A model generated the notes under the pieces. The model saw nothing but the letters and a program-made list of their open reading frames with translations. It was not told the DNA's origin and did not search any database. The translations under genes and the position numbers were made by a program. From positions 16,062 to 80,061 of the forward strand of contig CAOKAG010000002.1 in assembly GCA_948466395.1 (NCBI GenBank): a DNA stretch of 64,000 bases. The letters are read 5' to 3'. Shown in pieces: positions 63,515-64,000 of this stretch; the first letter of the stretch is position 1, and the number at the start of each line of letters is the position of its first letter. The DNA is from an uncultured Mycoplasmatota bacterium. Its GTDB lineage: Bacteria > Bacillota_I > Bacilli_A > RF39 > UBA660.

Positions 63515-64000
63515 GTGAGGTTAATTGAAGTCAAGAATTGTTACAAGGTCTATCAAAATGGAGTCACAGCCATTGCTGATTTAAATGTTACCATTGATAA
63601 AGGCGAATTTGTTTTTATTATTGGAGCCAGTGGAAGTGGAAAGTCAACACTAATTAAAATGTTATACCGTGAAGAAAAACCAACGAATGGCAGTGTCATC
63701 GTTGGAGGAATAAATGTCGCTAAACTAAGAAACTCTAAAGTTTATAAATTAAGAAGAAAACTGGGGATTGTTTTTCAAGATTTTAAATTATTACCTAAAC
63801 TAACTGTTTATGAAAATGTTGCTTTTGCTTTGGAATCAATTGGTTTAAATGGACGTGAGATTAGAAATAAAGTTTTAAAAGCACTAGAATCGGTTGGATT
63901 AAAAGAAAAAATTCGTTCATTTCCTAATCAATTATCAGGAGGAGAACAACAAAGAGCCTGTATTGCAAGAGCAATAGTAAATGATCCAAAGCTTTTAATT
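63515..64000 (+). CDS. ftsE: cell-division ABC transporter ATP-binding protein FtsE, N-terminal part (continues past the window end)
   Basis: GTG start after GAGGTG. It has Walker A GASGSGKST and the Q-loop and signature LSGGEQQR, and begins to be followed by ftsX-like context. Confidence 0.88.
   Translation, partial: MRLIEVKNCYKVYQNGVTAIADLNVTIDKGEFVFIIGASGSGKSTLIKMLYREEKPTNGSVIVGGINVAKLRNSKVYKLRRKLGIVFQDFKLLPKLTVYENVAFALESIGLNGREIRNKVLKALESVGLKEKIRSFPNQLSGGEQQRACIARAIVNDPKLLI

Overview
The window is the replication-origin region of a very AT-rich (roughly 70% A+T), standard-genetic-code, endospore-forming low-GC Firmicute. Long ORFs read through in code 11, and a class A PBP, SpoIIR, GerQ and rubrerythrin are present, so this is not a Mollicute and is probably an anaerobe.

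Gene order across the origin is conserved: dnaX(5' part)-tadA-ffs, then on the minus strand gyrA, gyrB, recF, a comK-like gene, dnaN and dnaA. On the plus strand follow rpmH-rnpA-yidC-jag-mnmE-(GNAT)-mnmG-rsmG and a ParB/Noc-like gene. The oriC DnaA-box clusters flank dnaA.

Downstream are a class A PBP, ywiB-argS-rpoE-prfA-prmC, a GT2 synthase, spoIIR, a DUF204 protein, murA, an orphan essC-esaB type VII secretion pair, and secA. After secA comes an ~11.8 kb insertion where secA-prfB would normally abut. It holds two integrase copies (one decayed), an HTH-Fic gene, a Dam fragment, FtsX and P-loop fragments, a decayed cat gene and a block of uncharacterised genes.

Past the insertion are prfB (with its programmed +1 frameshift), tilS, ftsH, gmk, rubrerythrin, a ZIP transporter, patatin, yebC, gerQ, yitT and ftsE(5' part).

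The most notable non-genic observations are (1) a perfect 18-22 bp palindrome, AGATGTTTCACGTGAAACATCT, reused three times as terminators within 1.2 kb, with a deleted derivative 43 kb away, and (2) a 1.1 kb non-coding region that contains 46-bp direct repeats and a small hydrophobic peptide gene with a perfect Shine-Dalgarno. No tRNA, rRNA or CRISPR array was recognised.

All calls come from reading the translations and the sequence by eye. No database search was run.
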